From Nitrospirales bacterium (GTDB taxonomy: Bacteria; Nitrospirota; Nitrospiria; Nitrospirales; UBA8639): 64,000 nt of DNA. The translations under genes and the position numbers were made by a program. Below are positions 13,009 through 24,485 of this stretch, piece after piece (within the stretch, counting starts at the first letter, position 1; every line of letters begins with the position of its first letter). The stretch is from positions 736,001 to 800,000 of the forward strand of contig CBDCWC010000002.1 of the NCBI GenBank assembly GCA_965223295.1. The letters are read 5' to 3'. Under the pieces are notes generated by a model. It searched no databases. It was not told where the DNA came from and saw nothing but the letters and a program-made list of their open reading frames with translations.

Positions 13009-14228
13009 TGGCGTGCCCCCTTTAAACGGCTCCGAGGCCTATGTTACAGGCTAGGGCATATAAAAAAGGAGGGTATCATGGCACGTGTGAAGTACTCGGT
13101 TGAACAAATCATTCACAAACTGCGGGAAGCGGAGGTCCTGTTGGGGCAAGGGCAGACCGTCAAAGACATTTGTCGGAAGTGGAATATCACCGATCCCACC
13201 TACTATCGGTGGCGGCAGGAATATGGTGGACTGAAACTTGATCAGGCGAAACGACTCAAAGACTTGGAGCGCGAGAATGCCCGCTTGAAGCGAGCCGTGG
13301 CAGATCTCACCCTGGATAAATTGATTCTGAAGGAAGCAGCTGAGGGAAACTTCTAAGCCCCACCCGACGCCGCCGAGCCGTTCACACCATTGGGCAACGA
13401 CTGAGGGTGGCGGAACGGCGGACGTGCCAGGTGCTGGGGCAACCTCGATCGACACAGCGGTATCAGGCTCAGGTCCGAGGGGACGAAGAAGCGTTAACTA
13501 AAACGATTGTGCGGCTGGCTCGAAAGTATGGGCGCTATGGCTACCGACGCATCACCGCGTTGGTTCGAGTCGAGGGCTGGCACGTGAATCATAAACGCGT
13601 GGAACGGATTTGGCGGCGGGAAGGCTTAAAAGTGCCGAAGAAGCAACCCAAACGGGGGCGACTCTGGATCAACAAGGACTCCTGTGTGCGGCTCCAGCCT
13701 CAACATCCAAATCATGTCTGGGCCTACGATTTTGTGGCCACGCGGACCCATGATGGTCGCCCGGTACGCTTGCTGACCATTGTCGATGAATATACCCGAG
13801 AATGTTTGGCTATTGAGGTCGCTCGGCATCTTCGAGCCGATGATGTGCTACATCGGCTGGCTGAGCTGTTTCTGCAGCACGGTTGTCCGGGATATATTCG
13901 TTCGGATAACGGCCCAGAATTTACCGCGAAGGCTGTTCGACAATGGCTCGCCCAGCTAGGGGTCGGCACCTTGTTTATCGAACCAGGCAGCCCCTGGGAG
14001 AATGGCTATAATGAGAGTTTGAATGGCAAACTGCGGGATGAGCTCTTGAACGGGGAAATCTTCTATACGCTCCGGGAAGCGCAAGTGCTCATCGAATGGT
14101 GGCGGCAACACTATAAGCAGGTGCGTCCCCATAGCGCTTTAGGATACAAACCACCAACCCCTGAGGCATTAATTCCAAAATGCGCTTAAAGCTGCATGCA
14201 CACTGGAACAATCACTGGGGGCACGTCA
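13009..14228 (+). mobile_element. IS3-family insertion sequence (1220 bp)
   Basis: Terminal IRs TGGCGTGCCCCC / GGGGGCACGTCA (TG..CA); orfA/orfB with slippery GGGAAAC at 13344-13350; no TSD seen. Confidence 0.93.
13078..14189 (+). CDS. IS3 transposase OrfA (13078-13356) / OrfB, -1 programmed frameshift
   Basis: HTH OrfA; OrfB rve core [24 protein letters not shown]. Confidence 0.92.
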
Positions 14229-14906
14229 GAGCCATAACAACAAAATACAGACAGCCTCTCATGTAATGAGGGCCTTCGACTGTCTTGTTCACTTTCCGTG
14301 CATTTTTTTGAGATTGAAAATGATTTTTTAGTTCATTTGGAGGAAAAAGGAGCCCTAACCAGTTTGACAATGAAATACTTCTAAACTTGCTACAAGGCGT
14401 TTTGTTGTGAGAGAGATAGACTTTCTACCCCATTTGAGGGGCTGAAAGCTTGTTTTCTAGCCCATCATTGACTTTATAGAGCAGAAATGAGGGGAATAAA
14501 AGAGTAGGCACAATACCATCTATTGAACCACTTTGGACGCGTCACTCTTAGCAAAGCAGCAATTCTCTATAGGCCCAGAGCCGCATCAGCCTTTTCTCGC
14601 AAGTTTCCACATTGGATTTAGATGCTTTTGTATTAGTAGTATTACTATACTTTCAATTCTTCGAATGCCCTTCTTAAAAATGCTTGTTATACGGTCTTGA
14701 CAAAAAGACTACTTCTATTAGTTTACTATTTGGAACTGCAAAACAAAGTGCGGTTTGTCAAAAAGTATGAAGAGTATTTCTGCTTAAGGAAGTATAAGTG
14801 GGCGTACTTGTGTACTTATGATCTTAAGTGAGGAAAAACTCAAAAATCTATGTAGATAAATTTGTATTTGCCAGTGAACGACTTGGTCAAAATGCCATAG
14901 AATACC

Positions 14907-17900
14907 ATGCTGATATCCCCCAGTTATCAAAACACGAATCAGACGCTGATTGATATTCTTTCGTGGATAGCAGAAAACCATCCAGAGAAACCGGCCTATG
15001 TCTTTTTAAAAGACGGAAAAACTGAAAATGCAAGATGTACCTACTCAGAATTGTCTTACCAAGCGCAAGCAGTTGGTGCAGGGCTTCGAAACCGTTGTAA
15101 ACGTGGAGATCGAGTTCTTCTCCTGTTCCCCCCTGGTTTAGATTTTATTCGAGCATTATTTGGCTGTTTCTACGCAGGTGTCATTGCCATTCCTACTCCG
15201 TATCCTGAACGACATTTCCCGGCTCTCTATTCAAGAATTCAAACCATCACCAAAGATGCCCAAGCATCCTTGAATCTGACAACATCGGCCCTTTGCAACT
15301 CCGAAAACAAGAGGGATCTATTGTCAGGCGATGGGCCAACTCTTCCTTGCCTAGCGCTCAATGATCTTATGCTTTCAGAATCCAATATGGATGCAGGGGC
15401 AACCATTCATGCACAAGACCTTGCCTACCTGCAGTACACCTCTGGCTCCACATCCTTACCCAAAGGCGTCAAGGTTTCACATGATAATGTCATGTCCCAA
15501 TGCGCGGACCTCTGCTTAGCCGGCAGATGTGATACCGATTCTGTTCTGGTGAATTGGATGCCTCATTTCCATGATTTTGGTTTGGTCCAAGGTCTTCTTG
15601 TGCCACTATTTGCTGGAATCCCTGCGTATATTATGTCTCCCCTCACATTCTTAAAACGTCCGATGAATTGGCTAGAAGCCATGTCTCGTTTAGGCGGGAC
15701 ACATAGCGGCGGACCAAATTTCGCTTACGAACATTGTGTTCAAAAAACTACGGAAACCGAACGGACCACTCTCGACCTCCAACGTTGGCAGGTAGCTAGC
15801 TGTGGATCTGAACCAATCCAAAGAGAAACAATCCAGAATTTCATTCACGCATTTGAACCATGCGGTTTCAAAGCCAATGCCCTCCGCCCAGGCTATGGTC
15901 TGGCAGAGTTTACCCTCATGGCATCGGGCAAACCTCAGATCGAACCTCTCCGCTGGGAAATAGTGAACAGGGATGCGTTAGAACGTCATGAAGTTCTTTC
16001 TGCTTCGGAGAATGAGATGGACTCCACACGCACACTCCTTGGCTGTGGAAATGTTGGAGCGAAGACTCAAATCGCAGTTGTCGATCCGAATCACTTGCAG
16101 AAATGTGGGCCTCATCAAATAGGAGAAATCTGGTTAGCCGGCCCCAGTGTTGCCCAGGGCTATTGGAATCGTCCAAAGGAGACTCAAGATACATTTAAGG
16201 CTTACCTTGCTGACACTGGGGAAGGCCCTTTTCTCCGCACTGGCGATCTTGGCTTCCTCAAGGATGGGGAACTCTTTATCACGGGACGGATCAAAGATCT
16301 GATTATTTCCCGTGGAAGGAACTACTACCCGCACGATATTGAACAGACGATTGATGCCAACCATCAAAGTCTAGGGAAAGGAAAGGTTGCGGCAGTTTCC
16401 AGCGATCGTGAAGGTGAAGAACGATTGATTGTCTTGAAAGAAGTCGCCCGTTCGTTGGAACAGTCCGAAATTGAAAAAACCGCCGGACTTATTCGACAAA
16501 CGGTCATCGACCATCACGATATCCAGCCTTATGCCGTGCTGTTTATGAAGTCAGGGAGTCTCCCATTGACGACAAGTGGCAAAATACAACGATATGCCTG
16601 CCGGTTAGCTTATGAAGCTGGAGACCTACCGGTACTTGGTTCTAGTGTCATAAACCTCTCTTCGACGTCAGACTTCGAGCAGGACACAAAAATTGCCTAC
16701 AACACGATTCAACAAAGCCCTGCAGGTCATGAACGCCAGAAAGCGTTGGAAGACTATCTTTGCCAACAACTCTCACAAAAACTGAGCCAGAGCCCTCAAC
16801 ACATAAAGCCAACCAATACATTGAGTTCTCTAGGCCTAGACTCTCTCATGGCAATAGAGCTTCGTAATCACATTGAATTTAACCTCAGGATCGACCTTCC
16901 CTTAAGTAAAATTTTTGAAGCATCATGTATCACAGACTTAGCCAAGACTATCGAGCAGCGACTCACACCCACGACTGATGCTCATCAAAAACGATTGTTA
17001 ACAGTTTCTCGAGATCGTTCGCTTCCCGCATCTTTTGCTCAGGAAGGATTTTGGGTCCTCAATAGATTCAATCCAGGAGACCCATCACATCATATTTGCC
17101 TTCAGTTTACACTAACCGGTTCTCTCAATCAGAAATTGCTAGCCGAGGCCTTCAATCACATCATTGAACGTCATGAGTCCTTGCGAACAACTTTCAAATC
17201 TCTCGACAACCAAGTAGTGCAGGTCGTTGCCCCCAGCCTCACACTCCCCGTTTCCATGATAGATCTTCGCCAACTGCCAAAAATTCAGCGACACAAACGA
17301 GTGAAAGAAAAAATCCACGAAGAAAATTTACGACCTTTTGATTTAGAAAAAGGCCCTCTAGTAAGAATGTCTTTGATACAAACTACTAGCACAGAACATG
17401 TGCTCCTTCTATCTTTCCACCACATTATTTCTGACTGGCACTCAATTGATCTATTTCTTAAAGAATTATCCGGCATCTATTTCAGCTTATTGAACGGCGA
17501 GCAACCTAGACTTTCCCCGTTGCCTATTCAGTATGCAGACTATGCCCTCTGGCAACGCGAGCGACTTCAGGGAAAAGAAAGTGAACGACTTCTGGATTAT
17601 TGGAGAAAAACCTTACAAGGCGCTCCAACAACAATTGATTTCCCTGATCGATCCATTGCTTTAAGAGAGCCGGCAGCACATCGCACGGCGGGACAATTCT
17701 CGCTTTCTCATGCCCAAATCAAAGCGCTCAAGGATTTGAGCCATCAAGAAGGGACAACGGTCTTTATGACGCTGGTTGCAGCATTTTTCGTGTTGCTGTT
17801 CCGCTATACACATCAAACCGATCTCGTGATAGGCACACCAGCAACGAACCGGATCAAACAGGAACTGGATGGCCTAATCGGCATGTTTATTAATCCACTC

Positions 17901-20900
17901 GTCCTACGAGCCAATATGACCGGCAATCCAACATTTCGAGAGTTTCTTCAACAAGTCAAACATGTCACACTAAAAGCCTACGATCATCAGGCATATCCAT
18001 TTGAACTTCTCGTGAAAGAACTGAAACCGATTAGAGACAAAAATCAGAACCCGTTGTTTCAAGTGCTCTTTGATTTTCAGTCTTCAAATGGCTTAGACCT
18101 AGATTTGTCTGGAGTTGATTCAAAATTACAGGCCTATGACCCCCCGAATACTCAATTTGATCTGACCATATCCTTACTTGAGGAACCTGATAGTCTAGAG
18201 GGCCGTGTTGACTACAACACAGAATTATTCGACTCAGGATTTGTTGAGCATATGGCCGAAAGTTTTCCAATCTTGGTGAATTCCGCCTTAGCACAACCTG
18301 ACCAATCCATTGCCAATCTAACCATCATGTCCAACTCGGAAGAAGATCAGCTACTCAACCTATGGAGTGGAGCTGCCGATCTTGATTTTCACAAATCCGA
18401 TTCTTGTATCCATGAATTGTTTGAATCTCAAGTTATCCAAACTCCTGATGCTATTGCCGTTGTCTACCAAGATGAGCAATTGACCTACCGAGAACTGAAT
18501 GATCGTGCAACTAGACTAGCCCACCACCTACGCAGCTTGGGAGTTTACCCGGATACCTTGGTAGGACTTTGTATGCCGAAAGGGCCAGATCTAGTTATAT
18601 CGATCTTGGGAATTCTCAAGGCTAGTGGGGCATATGTTCCTCTGGATCCAAACTATCCAAATGATCGATTGCGTTTTATCCTTAAAGATACCCAGATATC
18701 TATCGTTCTCAGCCAATCATCAATCCCACAAGAAAAATTCTCGTCAGTTAATCATGTCGTTCTCATCGATCAAGACCAGGGAAAAATTGCACGATATCCA
18801 AAGACAAACCTGCCGAAGGTAACGTCGTCGGAGAATTTTGCGTACATGTTGTACACATCAGGATCTACTGGCATGCCCAAAGGAGTCGTAGGGACCCATA
18901 AAGGACTAGTCAATGCATACCCGGCATGGGAACAAGCCTATAGGCTCCAAACTGTGCGAAATCACCTCCAACTAGCTAATGTCGTCTTTGACGTATTCCT
19001 AGAGGACCTCTTACGAGCCTTGTGTTCAGGAGGAAAATTGGTGATCTGTCCCGAAGACCTTGCCACATCACCTCAGCTCTTAGATTTAATGAGGCGGGAA
19101 GCTATTGATGTCATCGAGATGGTCCCTGCTACGATGAGAGTTATTGTGCAATATCTGGAAGAACGTCGGCAGAAGCTTGATCAAATCAAGCTCTTAATCA
19201 TTGGAGCTGATCGTTGGAATATTGCTGAACTACCGCGCTTACGAAAACTCTGTAGTCCCGAGACGCGAATCATCAATTCCTATGGTGTCACAGAATCCAC
19301 AGTCGACAGTACATATTTTGAAGATACAGAATATGAGTTGGAAGGATCCCGCGCAGTTCCCATTGGAAGACCCATGCACAACACTCTTATCTATATCCTA
19401 GATGAGCAATTGCGACCCGTTCCCCCGTATGTCATTGGAGAGTTGTATATTGGTGGTTCGGGAGTAGCGAGAGGGTATTGGAATAGACCAGAACTGACCA
19501 AAGAACGGTTCGTCTCCAATCCATTTCATCCCCGGTGTGGGAATAGTTTATATAAAACTGGTGACCGTGCAAGATTTCTAGGAGATGGCACGATAGAATT
19601 TCTCGGACGTCAAGATTACCAGGTCAAAATCAACGGACTTCGGATTGAGCTAGGCGAAATCGAACATGCATTAAGTCAGCATACAGAGGTGAAAGAAAAC
19701 GTAGCGGTTGTCGGAAAAGATCACTTGGAGCATAAAGTTTTAACCGTCTATGTTGTGGCAAAGGACAGTGCCCACCCACCTACTTCTCAAAATCTTCGTG
19801 AATTTCTTGTAGAGCAACTCCCCAGACCTATGATTCCCACGACTTTTGTGTTCCTTGCTAGTCTTCCCTCGACTCCTTCTGGAAAGATCAACCGTCAAGC
19901 CCTGCCACAACCTGAAGCAGTTGCGCCTTTGAACCAAGTGGAGTATCAGGCCCCAAGAACAGAATTGGAGCGCCAACTCGTACAAATTTGGGAGGATGTT
20001 CTTCAAAAGTCTCCCATCGGCATTCGGGAAGACTTCTTTGATATTGGTGGGTATTCGTTACTGGCAGTCAGCATATTCCAGCAAATTGAAAAATTGACGG
20101 GACAGACCCTTCCCCTTTCTATACTCTTTCAAGCTTCTACCATTGAGAAACTCGCTGAAGCCATAGGAAATAATGTAAAGCAGCCCTCATTACAGGCTCT
20201 TGTTCCCATTCAAACCACTGGTACGCACCCTCCTCTGTTTATCGTTCACGCCATAGGGGGCAATGTTTTAACATTTGCACCACTGCCCAAGCTCCTCGGG
20301 AAGGACCAACCAATATATGGTCTGCAATCAATTGGTTTAGATGGTCAAGAGAGACCGATCAATAAGATAGAGGAGATGGCTGCGCGTTATATTCAAGAAG
20401 TTCAAATCATTCAACCTCGCGGTCCATATTTTTTGGCGGGAGCATGTATGGGAGGAGTGGTCGCATATGAAATGGCCCAACAATTTCACGCGCATGGGCA
20501 AACCGTGGCCTTCCTTGGACTCGTGGAAAGCTGGTTGCCTGACCTCTTCGATGAACCTGAAACATGGGACTTTGCAATGGGTCCGCGAGTGAATTATCTG
20601 GTCAGGGGGTTACAAGCCCAAAAGGAAATTCTCAAAAATTTATCCGGGAAAGATTGGTTGGCCTTTGGACGGAAAAAACTGAAAGTCATCGCTCAAATGG
20701 CCAGCAACATGGATGTGTACAAGAGAAAAACTGACCAGCAACGTGATTTTGTGTCTCATGCCAATCAGCAGGCGCTCTCAACCTATGTTCCGAAACCCTA
20801 TTCTGGAAGGATTAGCTATTTTCTGGCAGCGAAACGCTCTATCCCAATCAAAAAGGATCCTCGACTCAAATGGAATAACTATGCTCGAGGAGGCTTTAAG

Positions 20901-21023
20901 TTGTATCGCGTTCCAGCGATCAATACAGGCCAAATGTTTAAATCCCCCTGCGTTGAAATACTTGGGAAACAAATTAAGCAGGAGTTGCATCATGCTCGAC
21001 GAAACACCTCCACAAAGGCCTAG
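14907..21023 (+). CDS. Single-module lipo-NRPS: FAAL-ACP-C-A-PCP-TE
   Basis: FAAL (LQYTSGSTSLPKG, FLRTGDLG), ACP LGLDSL, C domain HHIISD, A domain YTSGSTGMPKG / YKTGD, PCP GGYSL, TE GACMGG. Confidence 0.92.
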   Translation: MLISPSYQNTNQTLIDILSWIAENHPEKPAYVFLKDGKTENARCTYSELSYQAQAVGAGLRNRCKRGDRVLLLFPPGLDFIRALFGCFYAGVIAIPTPYPERHFPALYSRIQTITKDAQASLNLTTSALCNSENKRDLLSGDGPTLPCLALNDLMLSESNMDAGATIHAQDLAYLQYTSGSTSLPKGVKVSHDNVMSQCADLCLAGRCDTDSVLVNWMPHFHDFGLVQGLLVPLFAGIPAYIMSPLTFLKRPMNWLEAMSRLGGTHSGGPNFAYEHCVQKTTETERTTLDLQRWQVASCGSEPIQRETIQNFIHAFEPCGFKANALRPGYGLAEFTLMASGKPQIEPLRWEIVNRDALERHEVLSASENEMDSTRTLLGCGNVGAKTQIAVVDPNHLQKCGPHQIGEIWLAGPSVAQGYWNRPKETQDTFKAYLADTGEGPFLRTGDLGFLKDGELFITGRIKDLIISRGRNYYPHDIEQTIDANHQSLGKGKVAAVSSDREGEERLIVLKEVARSLEQSEIEKTAGLIRQTVIDHHDIQPYAVLFMKSGSLPLTTSGKIQRYACRLAYEAGDLPVLGSSVINLSSTSDFEQDTKIAYNTIQQSPAGHERQKALEDYLCQQLSQKLSQSPQHIKPTNTLSSLGLDSLMAIELRNHIEFNLRIDLPLSKIFEASCITDLAKTIEQRLTPTTDAHQKRLLTVSRDRSLPASFAQEGFWVLNRFNPGDPSHHICLQFTLTGSLNQKLLAEAFNHIIERHESLRTTFKSLDNQVVQVVAPSLTLPVSMIDLRQLPKIQRHKRVKEKIHEENLRPFDLEKGPLVRMSLIQTTSTEHVLLLSFHHIISDWHSIDLFLKELSGIYFSLLNGEQPRLSPLPIQYADYALWQRERLQGKESERLLDYWRKTLQGAPTTIDFPDRSIALREPAAHRTAGQFSLSHAQIKALKDLSHQEGTTVFMTLVAAFFVLLFRYTHQTDLVIGTPATNRIKQELDGLIGMFINPLVLRANMTGNPTFREFLQQVKHVTLKAYDHQAYPFELLVKELKPIRDKNQNPLFQVLFDFQSSNGLDLDLSGVDSKLQAYDPPNTQFDLTISLLEEPDSLEGRVDYNTELFDSGFVEHMAESFPILVNSALAQPDQSIANLTIMSNSEEDQLLNLWSGAADLDFHKSDSCIHELFESQVIQTPDAIAVVYQDEQLTYRELNDRATRLAHHLRSLGVYPDTLVGLCMPKGPDLVISILGILKASGAYVPLDPNYPNDRLRFILKDTQISIVLSQSSIPQEKFSSVNHVVLIDQDQGKIARYPKTNLPKVTSSENFAYMLYTSGSTGMPKGVVGTHKGLVNAYPAWEQAYRLQTVRNHLQLANVVFDVFLEDLLRALCSGGKLVICPEDLATSPQLLDLMRREAIDVIEMVPATMRVIVQYLEERRQKLDQIKLLIIGADRWNIAELPRLRKLCSPETRIINSYGVTESTVDSTYFEDTEYELEGSRAVPIGRPMHNTLIYILDEQLRPVPPYVIGELYIGGSGVARGYWNRPELTKERFVSNPFHPRCGNSLYKTGDRARFLGDGTIEFLGRQDYQVKINGLRIELGEIEHALSQHTEVKENVAVVGKDHLEHKVLTVYVVAKDSAHPPTSQNLREFLVEQLPRPMIPTTFVFLASLPSTPSGKINRQALPQPEAVAPLNQVEYQAPRTELERQLVQIWEDVLQKSPIGIREDFFDIGGYSLLAVSIFQQIEKLTGQTLPLSILFQASTIEKLAEAIGNNVKQPSLQALVPIQTTGTHPPLFIVHAIGGNVLTFAPLPKLLGKDQPIYGLQSIGLDGQERPINKIEEMAARYIQEVQIIQPRGPYFLAGACMGGVVAYEMAQQFHAHGQTVAFLGLVESWLPDLFDEPETWDFAMGPRVNYLVRGLQAQKEILKNLSGKDWLAFGRKKLKVIAQMASNMDVYKRKTDQQRDFVSHANQQALSTYVPKPYSGRISYFLAAKRSIPIKKDPRLKWNNYARGGFKLYRVPAINTGQMFKSPCVEILGKQIKQELHHARRNTSTKA

Positions 21024-21157
21024 GAGAGACATAGGAACACGAAATGCTTCCTGAGCAAAAAGATCAATTTTCTATAAATACTCCGAAGGCTGACAGAAGA
21101 ATCAGTCATAACTTTCACATCAAATCTCATTCCTACCTACTTGCCCCGAACTGATTT

Positions 21158-22981
21158 GTGGCGCGACTCTCTACCATTCAGTCGGACCTTCGAGCATTTT
21201 GGTTAAATCTCACTCGAGCTATGGGTTTTGTCTGGCAAGCTAGCCCAGGCTGGACGATTGGAAGTCTCGTGCTTCAAGCTATCTTGGGGCTGGTTCCCCT
21301 TGTTTCCTTGTATCTTCTCAAACAGATTGTCGATACCATTACACAAGTCTATGAAGAACAAGGGAACTCGGCAACATTTGATGATGTCTTGCTCTTCATC
21401 ATCTTGGCGGGACTTGTTGCATTTATGAGTGCAGCACTGACTGCCATTGCAGTGGTTGTCAAAGATGCCCAGGAAAACATTGTCACGGATTTTATGTCTC
21501 AAATGATCCACAACAAGGCCATAGAAGTTGACCTGGAATACTATGAGAATCCTGCCTATTACGACAAATTGCATCGCATGCAAAAAGAAGCGCCATTTCT
21601 TCCCACTAGAATTCTCCAATCGTTACTTCAAGGCATTCAATTTTTCATTTCATTGTTGGTCGTTGCTGGATGGCTTTTTTGGTTTCATTGGATCATTGTA
21701 CCGATCCTGTGCCTCACGGCTCTCCCAAAAGTTCTTGTGCGTTTACGATATACAGAGCACGGGCATGCATTAGAAATTCGCCATACGCCTCTTGAACGCA
21801 AGGCTTCATATCTTCATGAGTTGCTCACAAATGACTTATATGCCAAAGAGATTAGACTTTTTTTCATTGGAACTATATTCAGTCGCCGCTTCCAGAACAT
21901 TCGCAGACAACTGCGCAACGAGGAACTGTCTTTTGATAAAAAATGGCTACGCATTGGTTTACTCACTGAAGTTTTGCCAACACTTGGAGTCTTTGGCATG
22001 CTCTGTTTTGTGGCCTATCGAACCAGCCTGGGAGTGCTCACAATTGGAGACCTCGTTGTCGCCTTTCAGGCGATACAACGAGGACATGGGTTTTTACAGG
22101 GCTTCCTCACGAGCATCACCAATCTTTATGGAAACAACCTCTTCGTTCAAAATCTGCATGAATTCTTGAACATCCAACCCCGTCTCATCAGCCCCCCTGA
22201 GCCCAAAGCAATCCCGCGCCCTTTAGAACGAGGAATGGGCTTTCACAATGTCAGTTTCAATTATCCGAATGGAAAACACGAAATTTTAAGCAAGGTGTCT
22301 CTAGAAATCCGACCGGGTGAGCATATTGCCCTCGTAGGTGAGAATGGTGCGGGAAAAACCTCGTTGGTCAAATTGTTGTGCCGGCTCTACGACCCCACAC
22401 AGGGTAGCATTACCTTAGACAACATTGACCTTCGAGAATTTCCTCTTGCAGATCTTCGTAGGGAAGTGAGTGTCATGTTTCAAGATTTTGTCCGCTATCA
22501 TTTATCGGCACGAGAGAATATCTGGGTGGCAGACACCTCAGTCCCACTGGAATCAGAGCGAATTGAAACGGCCATTCACCAGGCTGGCGCCGAGGGAATT
22601 ATTACAAATTTGGATGCTGGCTATGACGCCATTTTGGGGAAACGATTTGAAGGCGGGCAGGAACTAAGTATTGGAGAATGGCAAAAGATTGCTCTTGCTC
22701 GGGCATTTCTTCGGGATTCACAAATATTGGTCCTCGATGAACCCACCAGCGCAATGGATGCTCGAGCAGAATACGAACTATTTCAAGGATTTCATTCGTT
22801 AACAAAAGGACGAACGGCTATCCTCATCAGCCACCGGCTCTCCTCAGTCAAAATGGTCGATCGGATTTATGTCCTTGAGCATGGCGCAATCATCGAAAGC
22901 GGGACACACCAGGAACTCATGACCTCCAATGGACGCTATGCTGCTCTGTTTAACATGCAGGCTCAAAAATATCAGTCCTGA
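21158..22981 (+). CDS. ABC exporter, fused permease/ATPase
   Basis: N-terminal TM domain; GENGAGKT, LSIGEWQKIALARA, LDEPT. Confidence 0.92.
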   Translation: MARLSTIQSDLRAFWLNLTRAMGFVWQASPGWTIGSLVLQAILGLVPLVSLYLLKQIVDTITQVYEEQGNSATFDDVLLFIILAGLVAFMSAALTAIAVVVKDAQENIVTDFMSQMIHNKAIEVDLEYYENPAYYDKLHRMQKEAPFLPTRILQSLLQGIQFFISLLVVAGWLFWFHWIIVPILCLTALPKVLVRLRYTEHGHALEIRHTPLERKASYLHELLTNDLYAKEIRLFFIGTIFSRRFQNIRRQLRNEELSFDKKWLRIGLLTEVLPTLGVFGMLCFVAYRTSLGVLTIGDLVVAFQAIQRGHGFLQGFLTSITNLYGNNLFVQNLHEFLNIQPRLISPPEPKAIPRPLERGMGFHNVSFNYPNGKHEILSKVSLEIRPGEHIALVGENGAGKTSLVKLLCRLYDPTQGSITLDNIDLREFPLADLRREVSVMFQDFVRYHLSARENIWVADTSVPLESERIETAIHQAGAEGIITNLDAGYDAILGKRFEGGQELSIGEWQKIALARAFLRDSQILVLDEPTSAMDARAEYELFQGFHSLTKGRTAILISHRLSSVKMVDRIYVLEHGAIIESGTHQELMTSNGRYAALFNMQAQKYQS

Positions 22982-23573
22982 CTATGGCCATTGATCGACA
23001 ACCACAAGCCTGCCCTTGCTAGCACTGTTCCAATATCTTCACAATGGAGAAGGTTCTCCCCTTTTACTCTCCTTTCTACTCTTTTAAAATACCCTACCGG
23101 TTCACATTGCCTTCGGCTTATCCCGATTACGGAGAAATCCATTAGTTCAGCAACTTGATGTTTTTCAAGATTTCTGTTCCCATATGCTAAAGAATCGGAA
23201 ACCTGATAACCACTAAGAAAACGAGATTGGCTGGACTCTTTCGATTTCAATATTTTGGGGCAATTCGATATTGGTTCATAAATGGTTGGCTCCAAGTCCG
23301 ATGCAAATCACTCATTTGGACTTCTAGAGGAATCCACAAACGCATTTGGGTATGACGCTAATATAGTATGACTAAATCACATAGATGAGTTGTCCTGGAA
23401 AATTTTATGTCAATCGTTACTTCTTTATTATATGTTGTGAGTATGACGATAGCTCGCGCGGCCACTCAGTCTGTAATTTTCATAATCTTGAGCCATGTGC
23501 ACGCTCAATATGATTCAGCTTTTTCAGGCGTGGGCACCATGTCGTCTTAATAAAATGGAGAAAGGATTCTCCC

Positions 23574-24308
23574 ATGATTGAAATTCCAAGCCTGAGGCCT
23601 GAGTCACGCTACGGAATTCCTACGGCAGACCTCGTCTTGTTCAATCGTCAGTATATCGTGGGCTATTCCTATTTGTTTCGCCAGCCGAGATGGGCCATGC
23701 AGATTATCGATGAGGGTACCATGCAGATGAAGGGCGACTTTGATCGTCTTGACAATTTTCGCGAAGATTTGCGCATCCCCGAGAAATTTCGATCGACTCT
23801 GGACGATTACAAAGGATCTGGATTTGATCGAGGCCATCTGATCAACAGCGCAGACCGCAAAACTTCTCGAATTATTAATAGCGAAACATTTCTCTTGAGC
23901 AATATGAGTCCGCAGAAACTCGACTTCAATCGGGATATTTGGCTTGAACTAGAAAATGCCATACGGATTCTTGCTGAAAAAGAGGAATATGCAGAAGTCT
24001 ACACCACCTGCGGACCACTATTTGCTATTGGAGACCCCATTGAAGTCATAGGCAAAAACCACGTCGTTGTTCCTGACGCATTTTTCAAATCGGTTCTAAC
24101 CGAAAGAACAAAGGCTAAATCGACGAATTAGCTAAAAATGTGGCCCTTCGTGATCCCTAACGGGAAAACCACTAAGTCTCTACAGGATTTTTTAGTGCCA
24201 ACAAGTGAAGTGGAACGTCGGGCCGGACTCCCCTTATGGGATCGGTTAAGAGGCAAGAAAAGCGATGCGCTCAGAACAAAAAAGGGTAGAATGTGGTCAG
24301 TACGGTAG
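23574..24308 (+). pseudogene. DNA/RNA non-specific endonuclease with internal TAG
   Basis: DRGH and NMSPQ motifs; TAG at 24129-24131, after which the frame continues FVIPN...EVERRAGL to TAG 24306-24308. Confidence 0.8.
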
Positions 24309-24396
24309 CTCTCTGGCCAATATCAGTACACTGAGGCTGAATAGAAGTGCCTGTTGGTTCTCTGTAACCTGAAACGTTTAAATTTCATTCAGCATA

Positions 24397-24474
<78 letters not shown>

Positions 24475-24485
24475 ATCCTTTATTT

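Noticed and set aside
22972-23295. 107-aa minus-strand ORF
   Set aside because: No recognisable motif or clear RBS; overlaps the ABC gene end
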